Positions 34,077-44,018 of a stretch of DNA of 64,000 nt are shown one piece after another (position 1 is the first letter of the stretch; every line of letters begins with the position of its first letter). The DNA is taken from positions 4,398-68,397 of IMG/VR virus record IMGVR_UViG_3300024246_000005; one strand, given 5' to 3'. The translations under genes were made by a program, and so were the position numbers. Origin of the DNA: a virus. Lineage: Duplodnaviria > Caudoviricetes. The notes under the pieces are model-generated. The model saw nothing but the letters and a program-made list of their open reading frames with translations. It made no database searches and was not told the origin of the DNA.

Positions 34077-37060
34077 TGTTCCAGAGTCCTCAGGTAGATT
34101 TTGATGAATTTGCGAAGTCTCGCGCGCCGAAAGCGGCCCCTCCGTCCGATTTTGGAGAGTTCGCCGAATCCCAACAGCCAGAAGAGGAAACTGGCGGTGA
34201 GCAAACCCGCGAAGAACTTCCAGGAGCAACCCCGCGGCTGAAAGCCAGCGTAGAGGCTGGAAAATCTCCAAAGATACCGCTTACTCCGCTTGAGAAACGC
34301 ACGCCGGGAGAAGGAATCTCCACCAAAGGTGCTGGCTCGGAATGGTGGAATAAACTAAAGCAACTCGCGCCATCGGACCCAACTGAGGGACGGTCTGTTT
34401 TTGACCCTAAGTTTTGGTACAACCCGAATAAGGCTGGTGTCGATCCTGCTCATGGCGGCTTGGCTCAGGCTGGCGATGAAGCCTCTCACGAATACGACCG
34501 CGCGCGGAAAGCAGGTAGCGGGATTATTCCTTCCATCGCTACGGCGGGAGTCGTTGGCGCTGGCTCTTTGCTTGGAGTAAGCAACAAAGAAGAGGAAGAA
34601 CAAGCAGAGCGCGGCGAGGGCGGAAAGATCATCGGCGGTGCCGCTGCACCCGCAACCGTGGCCGCACTCGCTCCTTTGGTTGGTCCGGCAGTTGAAACCG
34701 GAGCCAAAGGCTTGCGAGCTGGTGTGATCCGACCGATTGCCGACACGATGGCAGATAGGTTCGCCACACCTGCGGTTGCTCCCGGCCTATCGGATGTCGC
34801 TAAAGCGAATCTTGAGCAACCTCTCGCACGGCGCGGGGTTGAGAAAGTCCTACGTTCCAGCGGTATGCCATCGGGACAAGCGGGATTACGAGACGCGTTC
34901 TCTATTGCTGCACCTGACCTTGCTGAAATTGAACGTAGTCAACCAATCGGGAAATCTGGCACACAGGGCGGAATAATCCGTCCTGACATGCGGCTGCGGC
35001 AAACAGTCGAGAATATCGACAATCGGCTGGACGATATTTGGAAGAAAGAACGCCAGCCACAAATTGAGCGAAATGCAGAATTGCCAACCCTGTCCCGCGA
35101 GCAGTTGCTTGGCGATGCCACAATAGACCAACTCAAACGAATCGAAAAAACGTTCAAGATGGACATCCCTGACCAGATCAATCTTGGCGATGCCGACAAG
35201 ATGCTGGTCAAGGTAAATGCCCGTCTTCGTCGCGCTGAAGGCATGACGCCAGAAGCAAGGGCGCTTGCTCTTGAATTAAGTCCAGACTTGCAGAAATTCA
35301 ACGAAATGAAGGGAGAACTCCACCGGAGCATTGGCGACTTGCTTGAGCGCGTCAATGAGCCGGGAATCAAAGAATTTAATCGGCGGTACGGTGCGTTGTC
35401 GGAAGTACGCGATGCTCTACGAAATAAAATGAATCCCGTGGAAGCGGAGCGGGTTCTGGACAGTGTTCGCGCCACTGGCGGCTTAGGCCGCAACGTAAAC
35501 CTTTTTGAACGGTTGCATCTAAAAGCCTCGCCGGGACGTTTGGCGCAAAAAGGATTGGAAGACCTCTCGCGGTCTAACTTGCAAATCGTTCCACCTATAG
35601 AACGTCCACCAGTTGCAGGGCTACTGCCAGGGATTCCTGAACCTCTCAGCGGTCCCGGCGATACCAGTGGACCAGTCCGCGGCGGCCGCTGGACGACTCC
35701 CGCCGGATTGATTGAAGGTATCCCCCCGGTAGAGGGCGAGTACATCCCGCCGGCGGAAACGGCTAACGGTCTGCCATCGGCTACCGTAATAGAACCACAC
35801 CCGAAAGTTCCAACACCTTTCCGCGTGGAAGCTCCACGTATGCGCGCTGGCACGATACCGCCGATTGAACCAGTCACCAGCACAACGATGCTCCCGGGTG
35901 GGGCTGGCGTTCGCAATATCAAACTTTTGTCCGGGCCGACTGCCGAAGCGCCTGCCGCAGTAAAGCCGATTGAGCCGGTTGCTCCGAAACCTGCTCCGAT
36001 TGAAACAAAGCCTGTCATTCCTGAGACGAAGCCGGTTATCCCTGAAACGCCGGAAGAAGAGGCCATACCAGCCGAAATTAAGGGCATCACTGAGCCTGTA
36101 AAACCAAAAATCGCAAAGGTGAAAACGAAGCCGATCGAGAAGCGGTTCACCAGCGAAGAGATTGCCGACGCAGAAGGCATGTTGCGCGCCGAAGCGGAAG
36201 CGTCACAGTCTGGCGAAAAACCTGCGCGGTATTTCGATGAAGTTGGCCAGACAGATCAACCGCTAAAGGAACGTCCGAAAGAAGGAACCCGAATTGGTGG
36301 CCAGTGGCGCAGTGTTTCCAGCGGCCGCAATATGTTCCCATTCCTGAGAGAGAATCCAAAGGTCAACGCAGGCGAAATTCTCAAAGCTCTCCGCAACAAA
36401 GACAGCGCAGCATATAGCAGGCTGATGGAGCGCGCCGTGGACTTTAACAAGCGCCACGCGCCCCCACCGGATGAGGCTTATGACTTCATTCGTGGACTTG
36501 GCGGGAATCCTGATGCCGAAACAGAAGGAATCCAAGAGGACATTGGTGGGGCTGAACCAACTTTCAACCCGGAAGAGATCGAGCAGGCACCGGAAGTAAA
36601 AGAGCATCCGTCGATTGGTCTCATTAAGGCGATAGCCGAAAAGAAGGGTGGCATCCTTCCTGGCATGGAGGAACACGTCGCCAACCAGCAGAACGGCGCC
36701 GCAAAGGTGGCCGGGGAGAATCTGACCGCCGAAGCCAACACGCCGAAAGACATCTCGCAGGCCGCCGGCCGCATGGAGACACACTCGCCGCTATTCCGCG
36801 GCACAGAGGCAAGTCCGCAACGGGAGATATTCGGCAACGCACCGGCAAAGGCAGAACTCCCGGCGACCGTTGCTCCGGTAGTCCAAGAGGCAGGCTGGAA
36901 GTTTGAGGGAAAGAACAATCTCGGCCAGTACATCATCCGTATGCCCGGTACGGAAGTACGGCTCCATCTGTTTGAAAGGGAATTGCAGCCGGACTTCATC
37001 CGCCGTCAGATCATCGCCAAAGAGAAGCAGTACGGCACTCCCGGACCAGAAAAGAAGTAA
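34076..37060 (+). CDS. Large internal virion / DNA ejection protein
   Basis: 994 aa; low-complexity and helical; last of three in tandem. Confidence 0.55.
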   Translation: MFQSPQVDFDEFAKSRAPKAAPPSDFGEFAESQQPEEETGGEQTREELPGATPRLKASVEAGKSPKIPLTPLEKRTPGEGISTKGAGSEWWNKLKQLAPSDPTEGRSVFDPKFWYNPNKAGVDPAHGGLAQAGDEASHEYDRARKAGSGIIPSIATAGVVGAGSLLGVSNKEEEEQAERGEGGKIIGGAAAPATVAALAPLVGPAVETGAKGLRAGVIRPIADTMADRFATPAVAPGLSDVAKANLEQPLARRGVEKVLRSSGMPSGQAGLRDAFSIAAPDLAEIERSQPIGKSGTQGGIIRPDMRLRQTVENIDNRLDDIWKKERQPQIERNAELPTLSREQLLGDATIDQLKRIEKTFKMDIPDQINLGDADKMLVKVNARLRRAEGMTPEARALALELSPDLQKFNEMKGELHRSIGDLLERVNEPGIKEFNRRYGALSEVRDALRNKMNPVEAERVLDSVRATGGLGRNVNLFERLHLKASPGRLAQKGLEDLSRSNLQIVPPIERPPVAGLLPGIPEPLSGPGDTSGPVRGGRWTTPAGLIEGIPPVEGEYIPPAETANGLPSATVIEPHPKVPTPFRVEAPRMRAGTIPPIEPVTSTTMLPGGAGVRNIKLLSGPTAEAPAAVKPIEPVAPKPAPIETKPVIPETKPVIPETPEEEAIPAEIKGITEPVKPKIAKVKTKPIEKRFTSEEIADAEGMLRAEAEASQSGEKPARYFDEVGQTDQPLKERPKEGTRIGGQWRSVSSGRNMFPFLRENPKVNAGEILKALRNKDSAAYSRLMERAVDFNKRHAPPPDEAYDFIRGLGGNPDAETEGIQEDIGGAEPTFNPEEIEQAPEVKEHPSIGLIKAIAEKKGGILPGMEEHVANQQNGAAKVAGENLTAEANTPKDISQAAGRMETHSPLFRGTEASPQREIFGNAPAKAELPATVAPVVQEAGWKFEGKNNLGQYIIRMPGTEVRLHLFERELQPDFIRRQIIAKEKQYGTPGPEKK

Positions 37061-37063
37061 CCC

Positions 37064-37098
37064 TTGCGCCAGAACGCAAATTTGCGTATAAATCTTGC
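37064..37098 (+). promoter_or_regulatory. Promoter giving a leaderless mRNA for the glycosyltransferase cluster
   Basis: TTGCGC, 17 nt, TATAAA, then 6 nt to GTG 37099; no SD. Confidence 0.55.
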
Positions 37099-38964
37099 GT
37101 GCCAAAAATCGGGATAGTTACAAACTTAGGTTCTCGCGGACTGCTCCGCGATGCCACTCTCATTAAGCCAATAATCGAAGCGTTGGGATACGAAGTGCAG
37201 TTTCTTCAGTATGAGGAACCATGCGAAGAAACGTTCGCGCTTTGTATTTTTTTAGAGGTAACTCCACGCAGTTTGATTAAGTGCTCCGAAGCGCCGCCGT
37301 GGGTATTCGTCAATCCTGAGTTTCTCCGACCGGAGAACGTGAAGATTATCCAGCGGCATTTTTCCCGCGTGCTCTGCAAGACCCATGAAGCTCACCGTGT
37401 CTGCTCAGAAGTGTTTGGCGAGAAGGCGCGGTACGTCGGTTTCATTTCAGAAGACAAGCACGATCCGTCAGTACAGCGGATACACACGTTTCTCCACGTC
37501 GCCGGGAACAGTAAGGTCAAAGGCACTCAGGCAGTCATGGACGCTTGGAAGTGGCGCAGGAACGGAGAAGGATTGAACGCCAGCCTAGTCGTTGTGTCGG
37601 ACTGGCTGGAACAGAAAGACGCTCCGAACGGCGTAACTGTGTTCAGCAAGATTGACGACGCTGAATTGACGCGGCTACAAAACGCCTGCATGTTCCACTT
37701 GCAACCATCGGAGACAGAAGGATTCAGTCACGTAATCCACGAAGCGATGTCGGTGAACGCCACGATCTTAACGGTGGACGCGCCGCCAATGAACGAGATT
37801 CACTCGGTCTACAAGATTCCTTCCACTGGTCAGACCAAGCTGCACCTGGCCACGATGAACGAAGTTTCCGCACTGGACATCTATACCGCTGTGCGCGAGA
37901 TGTTGAAATACAAAGGACAGGGATTCGCCAAGCAGGGGATGCCGCGGGAAGAGTTCCTTGCTGGCAACGAAGCGTTCAAAGAAGCATTTACGGAGCAACT
38001 GAAAGACATGGAGCCAAAACAATTCAAGCCGGTCAATCGTCCAAAGTCTAAATCACCGTCCATCGCCTTCATCGGTAACTTCGCCGCAGAACACTCAACC
38101 GAAAATCAAATTTTGTGGGCATTGGAACAAGGTCTCGGCTACGAAGTCGAAAAGCTCCAAGAGAACGAGACCAACTTGGACGCCATTATGGAAGCAGCAC
38201 TCTACAACGGGCTATTGCTGTGGGTGCGCACTCCGGGTTGGTTAAAGGTTCCAGATGAGCATATGTTCGATGCGTTGGAGCACCTGAAAACAAATTACGT
38301 TAAGACATTCGCGGTTCACTTGGACAAGTTTTGGGATATTCCAGAACGGGAATCGCTAATCGGGAAGTCTCCGTTTTGGAATGTGGAATATGTATTTACC
38401 GCCGACGGCTCCCGCCAGAAAGATTTTGCCGCGCGTGGGGTAAATCATTTCTGGATGCGGCCAGCGGTCTCAGAAGTCTACTGCCATTCGGGAACGGTGC
38501 GGGAAGAGTACCGATGCGACGTTGGCTTTGTCGGAGCCAAGAACTACCACGAACAGTACCCGTTCCGCCGGCAGATGATTGAGTTTCTGGAACAGACCTA
38601 CGGAGAGCGGTTCAAACACGTTGAGGGAGTCCGCGGCCATCTTCTCAATGATGTATACGCTTCGATGAAGGTGGTTGTCGGGGATTGCTTCGGTGCCGGG
38701 ATTCCTTTCTACTGGTCCGATAGACTTCCAGAGACTTGCGGTCGCGGCGGTCTATTGCTGCATCCATTTGTAGAAGGCATGGAAGTTCCTTGCCCAAACT
38801 ACGCCCCGCAAGACTTGGACAACCTGAAATATCAAATAGATTGGTGGCTGGATGTGGACGAGTCAGAACGCAGGGTGGTGCGGCAGAATTGCATGGAGCA
38901 CGTCCGGCATCACGATACCTGGACGGACAGGATGGAGTGGATTCTTGAAACCGTTATGCGTTGA
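37099..38964 (+). CDS. Two-domain glycosyltransferase (GT4-like plus CgeB-like GT-B)
   Basis: FLHVAGNSKVKG...EGFSHVIHEAM (EX7E); second domain DVGFVG...LNDVYASMKVVV...SDRLPETCGRGGLLL. Confidence 0.85.
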   Translation: MPKIGIVTNLGSRGLLRDATLIKPIIEALGYEVQFLQYEEPCEETFALCIFLEVTPRSLIKCSEAPPWVFVNPEFLRPENVKIIQRHFSRVLCKTHEAHRVCSEVFGEKARYVGFISEDKHDPSVQRIHTFLHVAGNSKVKGTQAVMDAWKWRRNGEGLNASLVVVSDWLEQKDAPNGVTVFSKIDDAELTRLQNACMFHLQPSETEGFSHVIHEAMSVNATILTVDAPPMNEIHSVYKIPSTGQTKLHLATMNEVSALDIYTAVREMLKYKGQGFAKQGMPREEFLAGNEAFKEAFTEQLKDMEPKQFKPVNRPKSKSPSIAFIGNFAAEHSTENQILWALEQGLGYEVEKLQENETNLDAIMEAALYNGLLLWVRTPGWLKVPDEHMFDALEHLKTNYVKTFAVHLDKFWDIPERESLIGKSPFWNVEYVFTADGSRQKDFAARGVNHFWMRPAVSEVYCHSGTVREEYRCDVGFVGAKNYHEQYPFRRQMIEFLEQTYGERFKHVEGVRGHLLNDVYASMKVVVGDCFGAGIPFYWSDRLPETCGRGGLLLHPFVEGMEVPCPNYAPQDLDNLKYQIDWWLDVDESERRVVRQNCMEHVRHHDTWTDRMEWILETVMR

Positions 38965-39760
38965 TTTGTACTGCGGACTTGGTGGTTGGGCGGAAGGTTT
39001 TCTTTCAGAGGGTTACGACGTGATTGGATTTGACATCGAAAAACACGACTACGGAACCGGAGCGTATCCGGGCCAACTGGTTTTACAGGACGTGCTCTCG
39101 CTGCATGGTTCACAATTGAAACGGGCTAGGGTAATCGTTGCTTCGCCGCCGTGCCAAGAGCCGAGCTATCGCGCAATGCCGTGGAAGCGAGCCAAAGCAT
39201 TGAACGAAATCGGTCCACCGCACAAGTTCATTGAACTGTTCAACGCCTGTTTTAGGATTCAGCAGGAAGCATCGGAAGCGGCTGGACGGCATATTCCGCT
39301 CATCGTAGAAAATGTGATGGGCGCTCAACGATGGGTTGGCAGTGCAGCATGGCATTTTGGTTCGTACTATTTGTGGGGCGACCTGCCAGCATTAATGCCG
39401 ATTCCATCGAAATTGCGGAAGAGTTCGCACGTTCCTTTGGTCGAAACACCGCCTGGTACGGGCAAGACTTCATGGTTCTTTGGTAACTCAAAACACGAAG
39501 GCCAGAATTGGAGCAAGTTTGCAAAGACTGGTGAAGTCTTACCCCATTGGCGCATGGAAGCGCATCGAGATGATGTTGCGGGAGTAAAACAAAGAAACGG
39601 TGGTACTCAAGGATGGTTCGGAGAATACAAGCCTACCGGACAAGGTTCTAGGAATTTTTCTTCAAACTCAAAGGCACGCAAAGCCGCCAGTGCTCAAATT
39701 GCCAAAATTCCATTTCCTCTTGCTCGCCATATCGCGCAATGTTTCAAGGTGAACCAATGA
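38945..39760 (+). CDS. C5-cytosine DNA methyltransferase
   Basis: VDLYCGLGG (motif I), SPPCQ (IV), ENV (VI); TTG at 38945 after GGAG. Confidence 0.8.
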   Translation: MKPLCVDLYCGLGGWAEGFLSEGYDVIGFDIEKHDYGTGAYPGQLVLQDVLSLHGSQLKRARVIVASPPCQEPSYRAMPWKRAKALNEIGPPHKFIELFNACFRIQQEASEAAGRHIPLIVENVMGAQRWVGSAAWHFGSYYLWGDLPALMPIPSKLRKSSHVPLVETPPGTGKTSWFFGNSKHEGQNWSKFAKTGEVLPHWRMEAHRDDVAGVKQRNGGTQGWFGEYKPTGQGSRNFSSNSKARKAASAQIAKIPFPLARHIAQCFKVNQ

Positions 39761-40563
39761 TCCCCTGCTTCTGGCATTACGGCGGCCGCGGGGCGTGGTG
39801 CCAAACAATCGTGGAATTTCTCACGCGTGGCTGTGAGCACCAAATGGGCATAGGGCCAGCCGTTACCGCCGTGGTAGTGGTGAAAGCTGACGCAGTGCCG
39901 TCAGAGCAGCAGTTAAACGCTGACCTAGCGCAGATCGAGCGCGGCGTGCTGATAGTGACCGCTAACGAGGAAGGAACCTTCCGGCCAGAGCTGATTACTC
40001 ACCCACGGTTCAAAGTGTGGTTGCAGACTCCGGCGAAACATCAGTTTGCTCACCGATACTTGCCGTGGGGCTGGACGCCACTTCAGCACATGGACCTCGC
40101 GCGCCAATATGATTGGAGTTTTGCGGGACAGGTAACACACCAACGACGGGAACAGTGCGTGGAAGTGCTGCGAACTCTGCCACACGGCAAACTCGTTGTC
40201 ACTTCGGGGTTTTCGGAAGGGCTGGACCGTGAAACATACGCAGACCTGTTGCAATCGAGTAAAGTAATTCCGTGTCCGTCCGGTCCAATTACGGTCGATT
40301 CGTTTCGTTTCTGTGAGGCTTTAGAGTCGGGAGCAGTGCCGATTCCTGACGGTATCTCTCCGCGTGGTCCGTATTTCGATTATTGGAAGCGTGTGTTTGG
40401 TAGGCATTTTCCATTTGCAGTGGCATTCTCTTGGAATCACGCGCCGGGGATTCTTAGACAGATATTGGTAAATTGGGACGAGTTCTCCCGTGGCTCTACG
40501 GCATGGTGGAAAGATAAAAAACAGGAATGGATTCACCAGTTGCTTGAGGACATCCACGCATGA
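39757..40563 (+). CDS. Exostosin-like (GT47-like) glycosyltransferase
   Basis: WSFAGQ...YADLLQSSKVIPCPSG...SFRFCEALESGAVPI. Confidence 0.75.
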   Translation: MIPCFWHYGGRGAWCQTIVEFLTRGCEHQMGIGPAVTAVVVVKADAVPSEQQLNADLAQIERGVLIVTANEEGTFRPELITHPRFKVWLQTPAKHQFAHRYLPWGWTPLQHMDLARQYDWSFAGQVTHQRREQCVEVLRTLPHGKLVVTSGFSEGLDRETYADLLQSSKVIPCPSGPITVDSFRFCEALESGAVPIPDGISPRGPYFDYWKRVFGRHFPFAVAFSWNHAPGILRQILVNWDEFSRGSTAWWKDKKQEWIHQLLEDIHA

Positions 40564-41315
40564 ACGACATCACCGTACTCGTTCCAACGTCACCGATAAA
40601 AAGCCATCCGTCAACCGCCATCATACAAAAGGCCATTGCCTCAGTTCAGAAACACCTACCAGACGCAGAAATTCGGATAATGATCGACGGCATCCGCGAC
40701 GAGCAGAAAGAGTACTTGGAACGGTACGTGGACTACATCGGCAGGCTGGCGACCGAGGACTTCTTCTGCCAGGACAATATCCGGCTGTTTCCGTTCGTCA
40801 GTCACCAGCACCAAGTTGCCATGACGCGCCACGTCCTGAAAAGCGTCACGACTCCGCTGATAATGCTGCTCGAACATGACACCTTTTTCCTTGACGGTTT
40901 GCCAATAGACTTCGCGGGGATCGCCAGAGTAATTAAAGCAGGCCATGCGAATATGGTTCAGTTTCACTGCCAGTGGGAGCCGTGGATTATTCCAGAACAC
41001 GAACACCTAATGCTGGACAAGGAACGGAACTACATTGACGGTGTGCCGATGGTGCGGACGTGGCAATTCAGCGCGAGACCACACGTTGCGAGTACAGACT
41101 TCTACCGTGGGATGCTTTCCAGTTGGTTCACCATGAACGCCAGAACCTTCATTGAGGATAGGATGGTGGACGTACTGGCTGGTGCGCGCATGGCTATCGG
41201 GAACGATGCGTGGGAAGACTGGAAGTTGTTCTACTATGCGCCAGAAGGAACGATTAGAAGGACATGGACCGACGACGGCAGAGCTTCCGATCCTAAGTTC
41301 CCTATCACATACTGA
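40560..41315 (+). CDS. GT-A fold glycosyltransferase
   Basis: ITVLVPT...AIASVQKHLPDAEIRIMIDG...LIMLLEHD. Confidence 0.65.
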   Translation: MNDITVLVPTSPIKSHPSTAIIQKAIASVQKHLPDAEIRIMIDGIRDEQKEYLERYVDYIGRLATEDFFCQDNIRLFPFVSHQHQVAMTRHVLKSVTTPLIMLLEHDTFFLDGLPIDFAGIARVIKAGHANMVQFHCQWEPWIIPEHEHLMLDKERNYIDGVPMVRTWQFSARPHVASTDFYRGMLSSWFTMNARTFIEDRMVDVLAGARMAIGNDAWEDWKLFYYAPEGTIRRTWTDDGRASDPKFPITY

Positions 41316-41325
41316 AGAGGTCATT

Positions 41326-41748
41326 GTGGCCAAATCTAAAGAGGAAAGATACCAACAACAGCGAGAGTGGGGCAGGAGAAATAGAGAAAAACTTTTAGCT
41401 TACGGCAGAACATCTGCAAAATTATGGAGAGAACGACACCCCGAAAAGGTTAGATTCCACAGGAATGAATATCGCCGGAGACTTAAAGAATCTGCATACG
41501 ACAAACTCGGGAATAGATGCAACAACCCAGCGTGCCAGTGGTTAAATCCAGATGGGAGTCGAGGGTGCATAGACCGGAGATGTCTTCAAATTGACCATGT
41601 ATTTGGCGGTGGTTGCAAAGAAAGAGCTATATTCCGAGGAAGCTCACCACTATACATCGCAGTGATTCGGGACAATCACGGTAGATACCAATTGCTTTGC
41701 GCAAACTGTAATTGGATAAAGAGGTCCATGATGAAGGAACATAAATGA
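41326..41748 (+). CDS. HNH endonuclease
   Basis: CLQIDHVFGGG...YQLLCANCNWIK; GTG at 41326 after GAGG. Confidence 0.8.
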   Translation: MAKSKEERYQQQREWGRRNREKLLAYGRTSAKLWRERHPEKVRFHRNEYRRRLKESAYDKLGNRCNNPACQWLNPDGSRGCIDRRCLQIDHVFGGGCKERAIFRGSSPLYIAVIRDNHGRYQLLCANCNWIKRSMMKEHK

Positions 41749-41749
41749 C

Positions 41750-42493
41750 ATGCCAGACATCTTCATTCCAACCAGTGAAGTGACATTCTCCGAGAAGCTA
41801 GTCTGCGGCCGCTATCCGGTCAAAGTTCCGTCTTTCATGGACGTTCACAACTGGTGGGGAGAGTGGGAGACAGAGCGTTTCAGGTCAATGGAGACTCTGC
41901 TTGAACCGGGGATGCTCTTTTATGAAATAGGCGCTTTCGATGGTTGGCAGTCTGCAATTATCTCGCGCTTTGTTGGCGGCGGTAAAAACATGGTGCTGGT
42001 CGAGCCGGTAGCGGAGAATTGGGCGAACATCAAAGCCACTTGGGAAGCAAACGGAATCGGAAAGCCAGCGGTAGCGTTCAAAGGCTTCGTAGGAGTTGAG
42101 CAAGGACGGTCTGGCGCCGTGGTGAGTTTTAACGGAAACTGGCCGCAAGGCGTGGACTACTCCAAACTGATCGCGGTAACGAAATTCCAGCATATCAATG
42201 AGAACGCTGAGACCCCGGGAGTTCCACTAGACGTTCTGGCGTTTGTCGCCGGTTCACCGAAAGCCATCAATATCGACGTGGAAGGCGCTGAACTGATTGT
42301 TCTCAAAAGCGCGGAGATGGTCCTGCGAATCTGCTCCCCGATAGTCTGGATCTCCATTCACCCGGAATTTATGCGCGACCGCTACCAGCACGAACCGGAT
42401 GAAGTTCACGATTTCATGCGGCGACTCGGCTACGAAATGTACCTGCTCGGGATAGACCACGAAATGCACTATCTTTGCCGAAAGAAAATATGA
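41750..42493 (+). CDS. FkbM-family SAM methyltransferase
   Basis: FYEIGAFDG...VLVEP...INIDVEGAELIVLKSA. Confidence 0.8.
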   Translation: MPDIFIPTSEVTFSEKLVCGRYPVKVPSFMDVHNWWGEWETERFRSMETLLEPGMLFYEIGAFDGWQSAIISRFVGGGKNMVLVEPVAENWANIKATWEANGIGKPAVAFKGFVGVEQGRSGAVVSFNGNWPQGVDYSKLIAVTKFQHINENAETPGVPLDVLAFVAGSPKAINIDVEGAELIVLKSAEMVLRICSPIVWISIHPEFMRDRYQHEPDEVHDFMRRLGYEMYLLGIDHEMHYLCRKKI

Positions 42494-43230
42494 ACTTGAA
42501 AGACGTCATCACCCTAATCGTACCGACCTCCCCGGTGCCATCACACCCGTCCACGTGCCTAATAGAGAACGCAATCACCAGCATCCGCTACCACTTGCCC
42601 GACTGCCCAATGATTATTCAAGCCGACGGTGTGCGGCCAGAGCAGGAACAGTTCAAGACTCAGTATCAGATGTACCTCTTGCGGCTGGATGAGCACATCA
42701 ATGCCGGGAAGTTCGGGCCATGCAAGATGATTCGCTTCCCTGAATTTCGCCACCAAGCCGCAATGATGAAAGAAACGATGGCGAAGATCGAGACCCCACT
42801 GCTCGGATATTTCGAGCATGACTTTATCTTGCTTCCTGAATACGTGGACTGGAAGGGAATCGCAGACGCTATTCTCTCAAAGGAAGTCAACCAGGTCCGG
42901 CTGTACTATTGGTCCTCAATCATCCCGGAGCACTGGCACCTTATGGTTGACCGGGAACCCATCTTCGTTTGCGGAGTCCCTTTGCTTCGCACGGTGCAGT
43001 GGTCACAGCATCCACAAATCGCGTCCAAAGCTTTGTACGAGCAATTACTGGCCACGCTCTCAGATGATTGCAGAACCATGATCGAGAACGGAGTCTACGG
43101 TACAGTGCAGGCGCAACCGTGGGAACAGAATCGGTGCTCGATTTACGCGCCAATGCCATACTTGAAACGCGAAGCCCACCTGCACGCCAGGGAAGAACAA
43201 CCGAAGTGGGAAGAGACCTTCACGTTTTGA
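42490..43230 (+). CDS. GT-A fold glycosyltransferase, paralog of 40560-41315
   Basis: VPTSPVPSHPST...QADGVRPEQ...YFEHD. Confidence 0.65.
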   Translation: MNLKDVITLIVPTSPVPSHPSTCLIENAITSIRYHLPDCPMIIQADGVRPEQEQFKTQYQMYLLRLDEHINAGKFGPCKMIRFPEFRHQAAMMKETMAKIETPLLGYFEHDFILLPEYVDWKGIADAILSKEVNQVRLYYWSSIIPEHWHLMVDREPIFVCGVPLLRTVQWSQHPQIASKALYEQLLATLSDDCRTMIENGVYGTVQAQPWEQNRCSIYAPMPYLKREAHLHAREEQPKWEETFTF

Positions 43231-43973
43231 CACCAGAGCAAAAAGCCGACCGCGATAGCGTTTGGGAGCGCATAGCCCAAGAGCGCCCGGAGTTTACGCG
43301 TTCGATGGATTTGACCAACAACTACCACACGGTACGCGAGATCGTTTTAGGCGGTTCGCTGACGTGGCAGGAATCCAACAAGCGGTTCAAGCCATACCTG
43401 GGCGCGCGCATCATGGACATTGGAGCCAACGTGGGAATCTTTACCGCCTGGTGTGCCGCGAACGGTGCGCGAGTGGTGGCCTATGAACCGCATCCCCAAG
43501 TCTTCTCAGTGCTGACCGAAATGCTCAGTAGGAGCCAACTGCAAGCGCAGGTGGTTGCGGTGAACGCGGCAATCTCAGACCATAACGGAAAGATTCCGTT
43601 TCTGGCGCACGTCAATCCCGACCCTATGTGCATCTGGTACAACGGAGCGGTGGAAGCCGTAGCAGGGCCGTGGGTGCCAGACGACTACAAAAACTCCGTG
43701 CCGGTCCCTTGCGTGCGGTTCGCAGATGCCATTGGAGATACGGATTGGGACATGGTGAAAATGGACATTGAGGGCGCGGAGTTCCAGGTACTGCTGGCCG
43801 CTTCCCCGGAAGCCTTGCGCCGAATCAAATACTTGTATGTAGAATTTCACCCGTGGGGAACCGAAGATGCGTACAACCGGACCATTGAGAAACTGACAGA
43901 CATCTTCCACTTCACAGGATTCTTCCAAAACAACATTGGACGCTGGGAAGTCGGGTATTGCCACAGCCGCTAA
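43227..43973 (+). CDS. FkbM-family SAM methyltransferase
   Basis: IMDIGANVGIFT...VAYEP...MVKMDIEGAEFQVL. Confidence 0.85.
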   Translation: MTPEQKADRDSVWERIAQERPEFTRSMDLTNNYHTVREIVLGGSLTWQESNKRFKPYLGARIMDIGANVGIFTAWCAANGARVVAYEPHPQVFSVLTEMLSRSQLQAQVVAVNAAISDHNGKIPFLAHVNPDPMCIWYNGAVEAVAGPWVPDDYKNSVPVPCVRFADAIGDTDWDMVKMDIEGAEFQVLLAASPEALRRIKYLYVEFHPWGTEDAYNRTIEKLTDIFHFTGFFQNNIGRWEVGYCHSR

Positions 43974-43982
43974 ACTTTCCTC

Positions 43983-44018
43983 TTGACCGATTCGCAGTTT
44001 TGCGTACTATAGAACCCC
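43983..44018 (+). promoter_or_regulatory. Promoter giving a near-leaderless mRNA for the helicase-methylase
   Basis: TTGACC, 16 nt, TACTAT, then 8 nt to ATG 44019; no SD. Confidence 0.5.
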
